A DNA stretch of 64,000 nucleotides from Tubulanus polymorphus (lineage: Eukaryota; Animalia; Nemertea): assembly GCF_964204645.1 (NCBI RefSeq), contig NC_134030.1, positions 10,437,947 through 10,501,946 on the forward strand, written 5' to 3'. Each line of letters opens with the position of its first letter. The first letter of the stretch is position 1. This document shows, one piece after another, positions 49,404 through 64,000 of this stretch. The notes beneath the pieces were generated by a model. The model did not search any database, was not told the DNA's origin, and saw only the letters and a list, made by a program, of their open reading frames with translations. Both the position numbers and the translations under genes were made by a program.

Positions 49404-51521
49404 CTAAGCGCGAAAAATATGAATCACAATTGAAATGTCATATTTGAATATTTGCATCATTTTTTTCCCATTGAATTATATATTTTAGATTTCGCTGTGG
49501 AATACTCATTGACATAAAGGTTTTATGAATTAGTTAGTTATTCCACGTGTCTTTGTATAAGTAACGCACCTCAACCGAACATTTACAACAAGTTTTATAT
49601 CTAAGATTTCCCTGGAACGCTCATTCGCGGTAAGATTTTATAAATTATTCAGATATTTTTTTCTGCGAGATACCAAAATCTCTGAAAATGGTATAAGTAA
49701 AAGATGAAGATATTTCCCAAGGTCGTTTCCGTGAGTTACTGGAACAGGCTATATATACAGAGTTGCCTAAATCGATAAGTTGATCTTCCGGTCGCTTTCA
49801 TCGAAATAATTGACCGGCCGAAAAACGGAATTCCCGACGGATCCAAGTAATTGGGGAACGTCTTGGATGCTGAGAGTGGATTCTCGAAGGAATCAGTATT
49901 CATTGTCTGAATAGCGGCTTTGGATATCGTGAGGTTTACGCAGTTCTGGCTCCAATTGATTTCACTTCGCTCGCCTTCTCGGCGTCGATATCCCTATGTA
50001 TTTCCATAACTGCGAGTATGATGAGATATGCGACGAAATGAAAGGTTTTCATTTCCGAAATTAGCGATTTATCACATTCTATTGCGTATTTCACTAGCAA
50101 ACAGTCCGATCCTCCGTATCGGAGGACATACGAATTATTGGAATTAGCTTTATGATGAGTCGATCGATTTCATCTCGTGTGCTCGCTCAATGACGTGCAA
50201 AATTAGTACGTGTCGCGACTACTAGGTGACGCTATAAACAATTGGGAACCCGAACCCATATACATCACCCACCAAATATACAATAAATCAATTCTTCTTC
50301 TCAGATATCGGTACAGTTTTCATTAATCATTGATTCAGCTACGAGAAAAGCTCATTTAGATTTAATTGAAATGTAGAAGAAATCGAACCCGGAAGTTTGA
50401 CTTTCTACTTGCGATACCGGGTGGATCCTTCCATAAGTGGAATCATATCAGGTATATTGAGGAAAAACTGTATTTACAATTAATAAAAAAAACAGAAGAT
50501 AAATGCATCTCAAAATGTAACTAACGTTAGTTAAAACATATTATTTACATACATACTATTAGAGGTATTCATACACCTATTTTCATAGATTTAGCCACTT
50601 TAAAAGTTGGATTTTCGTACCAATGATGTTCTTAGACATCTGGTGGAAATAAACTAAACTAAACAGTGCCTCGTTTCGACGAAGACCGATTTAAAGCATG
50701 CATGAAAATGACCTTTACCCGTTATCGCTGCGTTCAAAAACCCATAAACTCGATCTCAATCATTTTTTCCTGGTTTGTGCGCTATATTAAGTCGTATTAT
50801 CGAATTTATTAAAAGGTCAAACGAACTTTTCGTGACGTCTATGATTTAGTTTATTGCCGGATACGCTGGGGTCAATTTGCTTCGAATATACGGCATTTTT
50901 CCCCGCGTATTTTGTCGGTCCATTAACTGGAAATATATGAGACCATTAACAACAGCGACTGTAAGTCTTACTAATCCTAAGCAATAAAATATACGGCATC
51001 TTAGTCCGTCCTTATATACCCTGACATGACGGCGTATAGTTGATGCGACGGTTTTCGTCTGAACACCAGCGCGCGCTTAGGGTATTGTAGATGACGCGAG
51101 TTTCTCTTATCGTGCCGATCAGACCGAGTTACGTAGAGATAGATACCAAACATATACCAGATGACGTCGCGTGAAAGGGACACCGGCCAGTGAAATACAA
51201 TGAAGCTTGCGAGAACTATCTTATCCTCGAACACGCTAGTTCTCATTCCTCGGAGAACCGTGGGTTCATTATCCAAGATGTTCCAAATTACTCTGATCAA
51301 TCAGGAATTCAAAGACCTGCCATCTAATATGACTGTGCGTATTTCTAGCCGGTCCATTGTTCTGATGAAAACAGACGGCAAATTGCCCGTCGTATTTCGC
51401 ATTTTTAGGGATTCGAACCTGATGGCATCGAGACTCGTGGGATGAAAAGTGGACGAGTTTAGCGAGGGAGAATGATCCATCGAGGCGAGGTTAGAAGGTC
51501 ATTGATTAAAAGAGTGATCAT

Positions 51522-51814
51522 CAGGCCCGTGCAAAGGGAGGGTTCTAGGGTAGCGAACGAACCCCCCCAAAATCATCAAAGTGCCCATCAAAAGGTCACT
51601 AGTGTAAAAATATTCGGGGCAAGACTTCGGGACAAAATTTGAACAAAATTTGGATACAAATTTCCAGTTTTTTCAAGTAATCCATTTCTGATGATTTATT
51701 CAAGGTTTTCAAGTACTCAATTTTTTTCAAAAGGAAAGTGTCCCTTTTTACGGTGAAAAAGTTTCATTTTTCTTGAAATAGAACTGCCCCTCAAAAAAGC
51801 TCGGCACGGGCCCG
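51522..51814. mobile_element. hAT-like MITE with 5-bp TSD
   Basis: ATCAT|CAGGCCCGTGC ... GCACGGGCCCG|ATCAT. Confidence 0.65.
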
Positions 51815-52864
51815 ATCATATCATCTTCAAGACCCCCATCTTCCTGCTTGGAAGACAGTCGAACACGACATAGTCTGCCATAAAAAGGAATTCGTCCGCT
51901 TTTTATTTTCGTCTGCCCTACGTAATATTCACCGGAAAGTACGCGCGTGCGTGCTTATGCAAAACTAGAGAAGGTGTATACAATGCTTTAGCAATAAACA
52001 GCAATTGTAAAACACGTAATATATAAAGCAGATAATAATAGCGACCGGTCATAAAAAAGACATTAGCACAGACGAGAAAGCCGACATGTTGGATTAGCGC
52101 CGGCTATCGTGTGTCTATATTTACGCACGCTTGTACTGATGAATATTAATGAGATACTTGGTCCTACAGCCGTCGTCGCCGCTGCTAATACGGTGGACAT
52201 TCACGGGGATGAATAAACAACGTCGAAAAAAACATCGGTCACCGAGAAGCGCCGCGAAGAAGCAAAGCAAACGGTGGAACGATACGGCGGCGTCGTGCTT
52301 AAGATGTCTAAGACTATAGGAGCAGGCCCCGTAGCTTCATGTGGGGGATTTGTACGGGTTACGCTGTTGCCCAAGACCTACCTATACGGCTAGCATATGA
52401 TCAGTTTGATTAGATGTGGGACCAACATAAGATTTAACGGGACCAAGATAAGATTGCTTCAGCCGGGCCTGTACTCTGACACGGCCGACTCGAATTTTTT
52501 ATTAACTGGGTGAAAACTCATTTTTGGCTTCTTTTTTTTTCCGATACTTAAACTGGCACTTCGCTTGCAAGCGACTAATTTTACAGCTTCCACTTTCCCT
52601 GAGTTCGGCGGGGTTAAGCGCGCGTTTAAGTTAGGAAAGGAGAACGTATTTCGAACAAATCTAACGCGTTAATGTGTCATACACAAGGCTTCCAGGACGC
52701 CTGATAACGCTTCCAGGGGGTCCACCAGAATCCCTTGGGTGCATCGTCACTACTTCCCATATCTAGTTCTGCTCATTGGAAATTTGAACACGGCCCGACC
52801 AAATCAGACCACGCTATGCCCTCAAAAAGCGAGCATCGTTGTGAAATAAGTTCTTTTTACTTAC

Positions 52865-52929
52865 CTTGAGTAGCTGTGTCCATTTGACAACGGGTTGTTC
52901 AAGTCAAATACTTTGTCGAATACAATACT
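52865..52929 (-). CDS. PDE11A: PDE11 exon (GAF-B)
   Basis: SIVFDKVFDLNNPLSNGHSYS+AG|gtaagt. Confidence 0.87.
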
Positions 52930-53076
52930 CTGAAACATGGTCAAATAGTTAGAACAATGACGACGTTGATGGTACTAATTGGCTTTCTAAATACAATCTT
53001 TTTTCTATGGAATACTGTTACATATGTCTATCAATGATATACATCTATAACAACTTCATAGATGATTCTTTGTTGA

Positions 53077-53205
<129 letters not shown>

Positions 53206-53209
53206 TACT

Positions 53210-54574
53210 TACTGCCAAGTAAAAAAGGCTTTCTTACGGAGAAAAATTTTTCTTTCTGTAAACATGACGCGCATCGGAGAAGTTTACGATGAAAAATGTT
53301 TCACTGTAGTGTGAATTGAAGATTAGAATATTCAACATTCGGATGATTATTATCTTGTCAGTGGGATGATTACTTTGAAATTTGCTCGCTTAATAGAAAA
53401 GTCAGAATATTACTCGCTTTCTTGCGCACAAACATAAGCAGACAAATTGAAATGACCTTGCGAAAAAAAAGTTCACAGCTTGTTATATGAAAGTATATGG
53501 AGGTTACAGTTGGGCAATTTGGTATCGAATCTATATACGTACGTAAAAGAAACAAACTGCGGAAGAAAGGGCGCGGTTGACTGGGTACCTAGCGCTTCGA
53601 CCACGGTTCATTGTGGTCCTTGAAATCCGTGAATATCATTGAAACTGAAAAATTATTTGCAAGGCCTTAAAAAGCATTTAATTTAGGTGTGAGGCATTGG
53701 ATAAAGGGGAGAAGCATTAAATTATATTTAGATTTTTCCAAAAAAACAAGGTCCTGACTTAAACCCCCGAAATCAAAACGTTCGTAGTTCCTGGGATAAA
53801 AATACACGTGGTTTCCGTTAGTATTCGTTAGTTGTCTCGTCGAATGTCGTGTCATCGCTACCGTTATGTGGAAATTTTGCGCACAAAAAAAAGATCGATC
53901 AAAACATATAACATAATTAGAAAAACCCATTAGTAAATTGAAATGATATATCTAGAATATGTACGCGTTATGTTTTGCACCACATTCGAAGTGGACATGA
54001 TTAGGTGAGTGGTTTTAACTTAGTTTACACGTGTGTGTGTGCATATAGGATTCATATAAACAGGTGATGCAGCTAGACGTAAGCTAATATAAGAAACGGA
54101 AAAATGGCTTTTATCTATCACGGAAAATTTGTTAGATTATCTTCTTTTTGACGCTGTAAAATCCGTTACAATACCGTTTATATACATTGATCCCTAGAAT
54201 GCGTTATATGAGGGGTTCTCTGTGAGTCGATGTGCACTACGTCATCGATATCGGCATTACAAAATAATGATTACAATTGTGAATTTTGGCGTTTATTTTG
54301 TAACTGAATATATTTCATAACACTCATTTTATTTTTGATAAATTTTGACATATATATTTCTGAGAGGATGTGTGCTACGTCATCGATATATCGGAGTTAG
54401 ACTGGTTGCCGGTGAATTGAATTCAATTATTGATATATTCAAATCCAAAATAATTTTATTGATACTTGATATTACATGTGAATATCATTAATATCATCTC
54501 TTTATTGTCGTTAGTATTAAGCAATATGTGTGTTGTTTTTCAAGGCATCAATAAACTTTCAAGTTAGTTTTCTT
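53210..54574 (+). repeat. Left arm of 1.36-kb inverted duplication (includes HINE-like copy at about 54145-54574)
   Basis: Reverse complement of 56008-57369 with only scattered differences; the ORF track shows mirrored near-identical ORFs (53370-53555/57024-57209 and 53667-53930/56648-56851). Confidence 0.95.
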
Positions 54575-54576
54575 TC

Positions 54577-54850
<274 letters not shown>

Positions 54851-56007
54851 CGAAAGCGTTCTGGGGATGTATTTGTAAGTAGGATTTCGAGGTTTATCCC
54901 CAGTTATCTTGGAAAAAACCTGTTTTCTCAATCAAAAGTGATTTCGGAGGCTCATTCCGAGTTGGCATAAGTCGGAATTAACTAGTGCTGTACAACCACT
55001 TTTAACTGGAAAAACCTAGTTCATTCCGAGTTTAGTAACTCGCAATAAACCTCAATTTCTTTTTTACAAATGTATCTTCAAGACGTTTCTGTGCGTATAT
55101 TTCTAATATCTGATAACGAGGCTGTCCGAACGAGCCGGTGAGAGAGAACGGACGAGGGACTGCATTTCCTAACCGTGATATTCTGCAGTACACACTTTAA
55201 TAAAGAAGACTAAACTATGAGCTATACCATGTACCATACCACATATCGTTTAACAATCTTTTACACAATTAGAATCTAATAACTTCAAAACCAAATGAAA
55301 TATTTGGTACATGTTTGAGGCGTATTGTTTGTTTAACGGTGGCATTGGTAGATACTACCGACAGCGCGGGAAGCTATTCGGCATCGTGTAATATGATCAG
55401 CATTTACTCTGGACGCGTCAATCTTAGCGCGTTTCATGGCAGATTCTGCGTAATTGTACCTAATGTAATATCGGCTTTTAGCGTCCGTATATGACGACGT
55501 CGACCTATTAGTATAAGGTTACGTATAGGGTATGAACGAGCCGCCGCCATTACGTTACCGATACGTCGGGGGCCAGATTTGATGTCATTTTCCCATCAAC
55601 ATCTATCAACACGTGTGTAATAACAAAACAAAACTACATTTCAGCTCGCAAATAGAAACCTGACATTTCCGAGTTAATAATGCATACAAAAACATCGTCC
55701 AGGAAAGCAATTTCTCTTTGCGCACAGGTCGGAATGCGTTTTGACGAATGTCTCGCATATCTTTACGAGGAGGCTGAGCTCACGTCTTGACTTGCTGCGA
55801 TGGACGTGGATGAATCATCTGTTTGTTGCAATTCGTTTTCAACGCGGGTTGAAAAAAGCACATCGTTGATATACCGAAATGTCCAATTATGTGCTTCGAT
55901 TCAAAACAGAAGGTAGCGGGTTTGTTAGGGACACCGAATCAAAACAAATCAAACGAAATCTACCAATCGAATACGTAATAGGATCGATTCCTATTTTAAG
56001 ATAAAAC

Positions 56008-57369
56008 AAGAAAACTAACTTGAAAGTTTATTGATGCCTTGAAAAACAACACACATATTGCTTAATACTAACGACAATAAAGAGATGATATTAATGATAT
56101 TCACATGTAATATCAAGTATCAATAAAATTATTTTAGATTTGAATATATCAATAATTGAATTCAATTGACCGGCAACCAGTCTAACTCCGATATATCGAT
56201 GACGTAGCACACATCCTCTCAGAAATATATGTCAAAATTTATCAAAAATAAAATGAGTGTTATGAAATATATTCAGTTACAAAATAAACGCCAAAATTCA
56301 CAATTGTAATTATTATTTTGTAATGCCGATATCGATGACGTAGTGCACATCGACTCACAGAGAACCCCTCATATAACGCATTCTAGGGATCAATGTATAT
56401 AAACGGTATTGTAACGGATTTTACAGCGTCAAAAAGAAGATAATCTAACAGCCTTTCCGTGATAGATAAAAGCCATTTTTCCGTTTCTTATATTAGCTTA
56501 CGTCTAGCTGCATCACCTGTTTATATGAATCCTATATGCACACACACGTGTAAACTAAGTTAAAACCACTCACCTAATCATGTCCACTTCGAATGTGGTG
56601 CAAAACATAACGCGTACATATTCTAGATATATCATTTCAATTTACTAATGGGTTTTTCTAATTATGTTATATGTTTTGATCGATCTTTTTTTTGTGCGCA
56701 AACTTGCCACATAACGGTAGCGATGACACGACATTCGACAAGACAACTAACGAATACTAACGGAAACCACGTGTATTTTTATCCCAGGAACTACGAACGT
56801 TTTGATTTCGGGGGTTTAAGTCAGGACCTTGTTTTTTTTGGAAAAATCTAAATATAATTTAAAGCTTCTCCCCTTTATCCAATGCCTCACACCTAAATTA
56901 AATGCTTTTTAAGGCCTTGCAAATAATTTTTCAGTTTCAATGATATTCACGGATTTCAAGGACCACAATGAACCGTGGTCGAAGCGCTAGGTACCCAGTC
57001 AACCGCGCCCTTTCTTCCGCAGTTTGTTTCTTTTACGTACGTATATAGATTCGATACCAAATTGCCCAACTGTAACCTCCATATGCTTTCATATAACAAG
57101 CGGTGAACTTTTTTTTCGCAAGGTCATTTCAATTTGTCTGCTTATGTTTGTGCGCAAGAAAGCGAGTAATATTCTGACTTTTCCATTAAGCGAGCAAATT
57201 TCAAAGTAATCATCCCACTGACAAGATAATAATCATCCGAATGTTGAATATTCTAATCTTCAATTCACACTACAGTGAAACATTTTTCATCGTAAACTTC
57301 TCCGATGCGCGTCACGTTTACAGAAAGAAAAATTTTTCTCCGTAAGAAAGCCTTTTTTACTTGGCAGTA
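56008..57369 (-). repeat. Right arm of 1.36-kb inverted duplication (includes HINE-like copy at about 56005-56435)
   Basis: Reverse complement of 53210-54574. Confidence 0.95.
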
Positions 57370-58527
57370 CGGGAGCATGGGAGCTATCGAAAAAACCAAT
57401 TTACGGTCTGTCTGGTCGGCTAGTGAAGATTCTGTCAGGGCAGAGACGGGGAAATCGTCGTCGTCGGTTTTAATTAGGTTTGTACATGTATTATCAAATT
57501 TCCAGTCACGTATTCAACGCCCGATCCTAATTGCTCGCTTAATCATCCTAGATATCATTAAAATGACACTCTAGGAAAAGACGTATGCTTGTTTCTTTCA
57601 AAAGCAACGCTTCCCAGCCCGCAGACGAAGAAAAAAACGAATTTCGCTTTTCGCGGCTATCGGGACGTCGTAGCATTACGCCGCGCGCGTTTCGAAAGCG
57701 ATCTTAATTTGCAGACAACCTTCTGTACAGTCTTACTTAAACTCTCACCGAATTATCTTGTGCACGTCTTATTTGATGTAGAACACATCCAAACATACAC
57801 AGTCGTCGATGATGGCTTGAGTGTCTACTTTTCTGATTAAGATTGTCGTTGATTAATCCCGCAGACGAAGACGACGACGACCGCTCCTTCTAACGATGCA
57901 GCTTCTGTATTTGACCCATGCCGTATATTTGGTTTGAAGTGCAAGTATGTAATGAAAACACAGTCGCCAAAACACAATCCACGATGGTTGTGGAGAATAT
58001 TACGACTATATCGGTACTTCGATTTTCGATTTCAAAATCAAACCCTCTGTTTCGTTCCCGGTAGGTGTGGTCAGTTTGCGAAGGATACAATATTCTAACA
58101 AAATTGAAGTTAACAAACCAATCAAAATTGATAGGAGGGAAAATTAGAAACTAGAAGATGGTCCATTATGCAACAAAATGATTTGTGATCCTTGAAGAAT
58201 AAGATTTCAATGTTGACGGTATTACTGAAAACATTGAAATCTTTATAGGAATATATAGTGCAACTTAACGCCATAACAGACTCCACTTCATCTCACTCTC
58301 AACTGATAATGTATTTCGCCTAATTGAAAAGGGATCGTGAATAAATCGGATTCATAGAATCAGTCTTAACATCGAGATCAAATGCATGTGCTCGTGATAT
58401 AGGCCGTTAAGTAGGTTGTCTGCCCAGGGAACCTACTGATTCGTTTTCCGATATTAAGTGGTTTTTCAAATACCTACACCGCAGCCGCAGGATTGCATGT
58501 CTATATATCTGATTACAGGCGGCCTAC

Positions 58528-58665
58528 CTCTTCGTTCAGATCACGCAGCAATACCGAACATTTCTCGCACTTAAGCAGCGTCTGCGAGCGTTGCATAATC
58601 TTCGTGACGACCGTGTCGACTGATGTCTGCTCCTCAAACAGATCGTGAACAACCTCCAGAAGTGC
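58528..58665 (-). CDS. PDE11A: PDE11 exon (GAF-B start)
   Basis: ALLEVVHDLFEEQTSVDTVVTKIMQRSQTLLKCEKCSVLLRDLNEE|gtaggc. Confidence 0.93.
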
Positions 58666-59024
58666 CTTTAAAAGAACGTAATAAGCTTATTATATCGAAG
58701 GCCTTCGGGCGGATGGACGGCGTTTTAGTTCTGATATCATCAGGTGACGTTCATACGCAAGATGCGTTTCACGTTTTGATTAGATATGGCATTTATTCGT
58801 AAAAAGACATTACGGGGTCTCTATGTTTTAGCTATGTAGTCAGTAACCGGATTGTGGTTTTGATTCGCGATCAAATATTTTGCGAACTACAATTTCGCAT
58901 ATGTCTTTCCGATTAATAAAGCTTACCGCTGATAACAACCCTGTACTAAATGACTGCTAAATAAATCAATGTTTCATTAAATAATCACACGAAATACATA
59001 ACATTCTATTGGAAATACATCTAG

Positions 59025-59476
59025 CAAGAAAACTGACTTAAAAGTTTATTGACGCCTTGAAAATAACCACGTTTATTGCGTCATCTTGTCCCCAATGAAT
59101 ATGATATAATATAGATTATATAATGATGAGGATTGATAAAGTTATTTGAATTTGAATATATTGATAATTGAATTTAATTGCCCGGCAACCAGTCTAGCCC
59201 CAATGTATTGACGACGAAGTGCGCATCCTCACAAATCAGTGCACATCACATCCAAAAAAAATTATCAAAATTAATCAAATACGAAATTAGCGAAATGCAA
59301 TATATCTATAATATATCTAATCATAGAATTGGACTAAACGCAAATTTAACACTTTTAATCGTTATTTTGAAACGCCTATATTGACTAGCACAACGACTTA
59401 CGCAAAACCCCTTATATAACGCATAGAGAGTCATTAATGTATATAAACATAATTATAACGGTTTTTACGGCGTAAA
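59025..59476 (-). mobile_element. HINE-like element, family A
   Basis: CAAGAAAACTGACTTAAAAGTTTATTGACGCCTTG ... TTTTACGGCGTAAA; inverted homolog of 45135-45550. Confidence 0.65.
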
Positions 59477-59677
59477 CAGATTGCAAACTGCAACAGATTG
59501 TGAACTGTGACAAACCAGTATTATCGAAATTGTTATGAAATGATATTTTTAAACTTTCAGTCGAGTAACTTTCTGTTTACTGATTCGGAAAATCGACGAC
59601 AGCATAATCGAAAATCCAGAAGTATTGGCTCGTGTGGCGAAACCGATGTCGATACTAGCATTGATTGCGCCACTTAC

Positions 59678-59767
59678 CTTGTTCCTTTCGTATTCCTTTG
59701 AATGGCCGTCGAATAATTGAGCATTTTTGATGGCAATCCCGCAGAACGTGAGGTACGTCTCGAAGAG
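59678..59767 (-). CDS. PDE11A: PDE11 exon
   Basis: LFETYLTFCGIAIKNAQLFDGHSKEYERNK|gtaagt. Confidence 0.93.
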
Positions 59768-61613
59768 CTGAAACGACGAACAAAAAGTCAGACTAATGAG
59801 CGAAACGACGAGATCGCTTTCAGAAGAAACTCGTTGGACGACTATGCCATGTCGTTCTAATCACCCACTTGTCTAAGAACACGACTTCCGTTTCCAAGGT
59901 CTCTTGTTCGTTCTACGAACGTGTGTTGGCACTTTCAAGGAAATGCCCTTATTATAGGGGAGATCTTAGAAAAAGTGTGAGGAGATGACTCAAAATTCGA
60001 TAACTCTGTTACTACTGCTATGTTATTGGCTTAGGTTTGCCAAACCGATTTGAAGCAAACGAAACGTTGTCTTTAAATAAGTTTGTTTTCATCAGCTCAA
60101 TGAGAACCCCTAACGCTCCTGTGGCAAGCAAGGGTCCACCAGGATCGCTAGTAGTGAGTACTTTTTTTTTATATTTCTAGGAAAACTGAATGAACATGTC
60201 TCTAAATACATCATAAATAGGTTATCACGAAAACTATACCTATATCTGACTAGAAAAATGAATTTAAAGTATATTTGGTGGGTCATAATGTATGGATTCG
60301 GGAGCCATTCTGTTAATTGACAACAAATCAATTTCTGCAACGAAAGACTGAGCGTTCGTCACGCCATCTAGCGGGTTTAACTCGTGTTGCGGCTCCTCTT
60401 CAGCTTAGTAAACATAGTTTCTAACGATTCAACCAAATCCCTGAAACTCGTTCATTCGGTATTGCATGTATTACACAGGCGAAATAGATATAGGGTCCGT
60501 TACTACATTGCACGTGAACTTTGGAATAAACCGTGTCTAATGATGATCTATGGAGCAAGGTGTGAGTGCACCAAGTGATAAAAAGTGGCCGACAAGACAG
60601 TGATAAAAACTGACTCGACCGACCAACCCAATGTATCTTTACTTCGATTTCTGACTTCACATAATCCGACCCCCTTTTTCGTTACCGGCAGGTGTAGTAC
60701 GTAGGTTCGTAAGATAGACCGCCGGATAAATACCAACGATATTCAACTCGATCTAACGAATACGAGATAGGGATAATCCCTTTTTCAAAAACCGAACGCA
60801 CACCTTACAAATAAAGCTCAATCCCGATCGCCGACGACTGGGAATCGCTTAAACATCTGAATATCTTCGACGGCGTATAGAGAGTATAATCGAATCTATT
60901 GGTTTTCCAATCGCCGAGTGATAGGAGATCCGCGTCATTCATTCGGATCGACTAAAAGACGACGACGACGGTGCATAAGAGGCATTAAAACAGAGTCTCG
61001 ATTCGAGAGACTCATGATTTTCCATCGCATGACTCTTGATAGATTTATTTACGGCGTAGCGAAACGTACACAGCTGCTCCTAAAAGAATTACGGTGCGGG
61101 CTTAAAATGCCGTCTATTCATCGACAAGCCATTAGGGGCAGTCGCTGAGACTGGTTACGCGCGGAAGACGCTTTTTAAAAATAGATAAGTTACTGAAGAC
61201 GAGGTTGTCAAAAATAGATTAAGCAACGGGACGAAAGCCGCGGCATTTAGTTTGACGAATCAACTTTCGAGTTCAGTGACTTACCGATTGCTCGACAGTT
61301 CTTGCTTTATCAAGCATATTCTGTCGGCTAATGTCATTTATTATGGACCGCATATGATCGGAAAATATGGACTACGGGGTGATTTCCCACTCGTGGTTCT
61401 GGTCAAATCAGGTTAGCCGATTGATGATGGTTACTTCTGACGCATCGGTAATGTGTTCGGAACTTGCTCAATCGCATTATCTCGGCGTGTTCGTTCCCAG
61501 CAATGACGCTTCGTATGCGTCAACCGTAGCAAATTCCGTTCATAATTCACGATCATGTTATCATATTATCTTTTACAAATAATTTCATTAAATTATTTAG
61601 ATGAAATCATTAT

Positions 61614-61924
61614 AAACAAGTCACCATGGTGACGACGGTTCTCGGGCTAAGGCTCGACTAAATTTTGTCGATACGACTTTTTGAATTTCGACCCCGTTCC
61701 TCAGTTATGAGGTCATCTCCAAGGTCATGTTGCTGAAAAACAGTTTTTAGAGTCTAGTTCTGTCGCTCTGTAGCGCACCGGACCTAATCTTTGCACACCA
61801 TAACTAGACCCCCATACCGTTGTACCCAAGATTTATCAAGATCTTAGCTAAGTAACCTGAAAGACAGGCATACGGACGGACGGATAGTACGAGAATAAGG
61901 GTCCCACGGAAGCCCGAGAACCAA
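61614..61924 (-). mobile_element. HINE-like element, family B
   Basis: AAACAAG end, palindrome GTCACCATGGTGAC (61620-61633), perfect 12-bp sub-terminal IR GGTTCTCGGGCT (61637-61648) / AGCCCGAGAACC (61911-61922), short (GACG)n tract. Confidence 0.7.
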
Positions 61925-62174
61925 TACCGAACACTACAAAGGCTTTGAGACGTAGTGCGGGCCTTTATGTATTACGGGTAAATCAGAGAATGGATCATGA
62001 CTGCAAAACAGCGCCATCGTTTATTTAACAACCGACAACAGTGACTGTCACTAACATTTCCAAGTGTGTTCTTCGATTTAAACCAATAATCCTGCATAAT
62101 TTCGACAGACCATCCAACTATATTCGTACTTCGATTTCAGATTTCAAAATCAAACTTTGAAGCAGGTGTGGGGC

Positions 62175-62315
62175 AAAATCAAATCAAATACAGAAAAATC
62201 AAATCAATCAAATCGATTCAAATCATTCCCCAAATCGATTCAAATCATTCCTATCAATAAAAAAAAATCAAAAATCAAGTTAAATCAAATCAAATCAAAT
62301 CAATCAAAAATCAAA
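62175..62315. repeat. Imperfect (AAATC)n simple repeat
   Basis: Repeated AAATC units next to a PDE11 donor site. Confidence 0.7.
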
Positions 62316-62335
62316 GAAATCCATTTAAGACTTAC

Positions 62336-62494
62336 CTTTTCATCGTCACCGGTGAAATGACAGCCATTTTGTCGTTTATTCACTACTTGCGCGACACCTA
62401 TGATCTCGCCGTCGGCGTTGTGTATAGGCATACACAACATGGATCCGATCCGACATCCAGCTATCCGATCTACGTCGGGGTTGTATCGGGGGTC
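62336..62494 (-). CDS. PDE11A: PDE11 exon (GAF-A C-half)
   Basis: DPRYNPDVDRIAGCRIGSMLCMPIHNADGEIIGVAQVVNKRQNGCHFTGDDEK|gtaagt. Confidence 0.93.
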
Positions 62495-64000
62495 CTGAAA
62501 ATACACAATATTCGATTGATCAATACCATTCAGGGGCGATCGAGAATATTCGGAATAGAACCAGCTCAAACAAGGGGAGGATATGCAACCTTTCTATCTT
62601 AACGTCCACAGAAGATGCGATTTCAGTGATTCCAGGTGGGGAGTACGAATGCGATCATCATCGACCACCGAAAGTGGGAAATTGTATCCAATGATTTCTT
62701 AAGATGATAATCTGTAAATTCGTATAGCACCTGCTTCTTTTATGTACAAAATGTTCACCAGCGCGTTTTATAGATTTCATTGAAACTAAATGCGTTCCAT
62801 ACGCTTTACAGAAAATCTCTAAATCCAGAATTGCAAAAGATTATGCAATATATCGGTAGCATTGTTGGCCAAAATGTTTTCAGACGGTTTGCGAAGGGAT
62901 AAAAATGGGCCAGATACAACAATAAAATGACCACTATGATTATCATCAAGAATGTGAACATTTATTGTCTAAATCGTCTCATTGAGTGATTGAAGAAATC
63001 AGGGGCGGATCCAGAGCTTAGATTGAGGGGTAGCACCCAATGAAAGGAGCAATTATCATTAAAAAGAGACATTATCCACCAGTAGCGATATGGTCTGGTG
63101 GCCTTGCCCCAGGGCAATTTTAGAAAATTAACCCCTGCAGAAGCAATTTCCAATTTCGAACTGATTTCAAGCAAAGAAAGATATCTTAGGAGCCTTGCGG
63201 ACGTCCTCAGGTGGTACCGGATTTTTAACCGGAAAGATTTTCGGGGGCCATCTGAAAATTTTGAGGGTAGCATGTGCCCCTTAATCCGCACCTGACAATG
63301 AGGAATCAATCGTGATTAGTGTGAAAATATACAAGTTTCGAGTTGTCGTCTGAAGATTGTCAAGCTGACTGACGCACAGTGTCCAGTGCTAGTATAATGA
63401 TTAACTCCTAAATCGATTTAAGATAAACTGAATTAATGAAGTCATAATAGATATTGACGCTGCGGGCAGGCGATCATTCCACAAACACGTTGCAACACGT
63501 GGAAAGCTCTATTTCCGATGATAAATCTGCTGATGGGTTGGGGTGATAGTAAGTTGCGCGATGAGCGACTGGAGATACTATGAGCCGCGATCACACGGAG
63601 ACGATTTGGCCCGGGAAAAATTGGTCCGGAATCAGGCCCGATTCAATTCTAGTCCGTGCCTAATATTAGAGAGCGCGTTCACACGTAAACCATTCACCCG
63701 ATACTTAACAACGCTTAAACAAAGCATAGAAGTCACTTCCGGTATTGAAACGTGCTAGTATATGGCTCGGACCGAACTGGCACGGGCCCATGCATTTTGC
63801 ACCCGTTTAAACGGTTGTTTCGGGTCGAATTCGACAGGCCCGGGACAAAAAGCTCTTGTGAACGCAGCTGAAGTTTTGGCGCAACGCTTTGAACTTAATA
63901 TACGATTTTCAAAAGCCCTTTGATCCGTGCCTTCACTAGGTACAGAATCACTCGAGTCAAATCCACTCGTTTCTTTTCGTCCTTCAATCGAATTGGAAAA

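Noticed and set aside
62962-63309. Minus ORF containing LKLPWGKA, resembling the GAF-A VPWGKG motif expected in the next upstream PDE11 exon
   Set aside because: It lies inside a CAGGGGCGGATCC MITE (63000-63294), has no following GIIG..GETVNI sequence and no fitting splice sites.

Overview
Eukaryotic, AT-rich, intron-rich genomic DNA from an invertebrate bilaterian (spiralian-like by inference). Five protein-coding loci were reconstructed by hand from GT-AG splice sites and reading-frame continuity. (1) The first coding exon of a minus-strand gene at the left edge, probably PSMD3/Rpn3, head-to-head with (2) a 10-exon amphiphysin/BIN1 gene (+, 540-20805, 477 aa, N-BAR plus SH3). (3) A 4-exon gene for a small secreted protein with two PAN/apple domains (+, 31065-33672, 198 aa). 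(4) An Olig-family bHLH gene with an uninterrupted CDS (-, 36162-36797). (5) Fifteen exons of a PDE11-type GAF phosphodiesterase (-, 39796-62494; its 5' exons lie beyond the window). Introns and intergenic DNA hold a decayed antisense LINE, many MITEs, Helentron-type non-autonomous elements, long (TA)n tracts and a 1.36-kb near-perfect inverted duplication. The most notable non-coding signal is a dispersed family of about 200-300-bp elements carrying minimal type I hammerhead ribozyme cores (CUGANGA-U-stem II-GAAACGUC), with about 9 cores or remnants at 8 loci. They occur as TSD-flanked foldbacks and as one 173-nt tandem dimer, which suggests a Penelope-dependent, retrozyme-like mobile RNA system.
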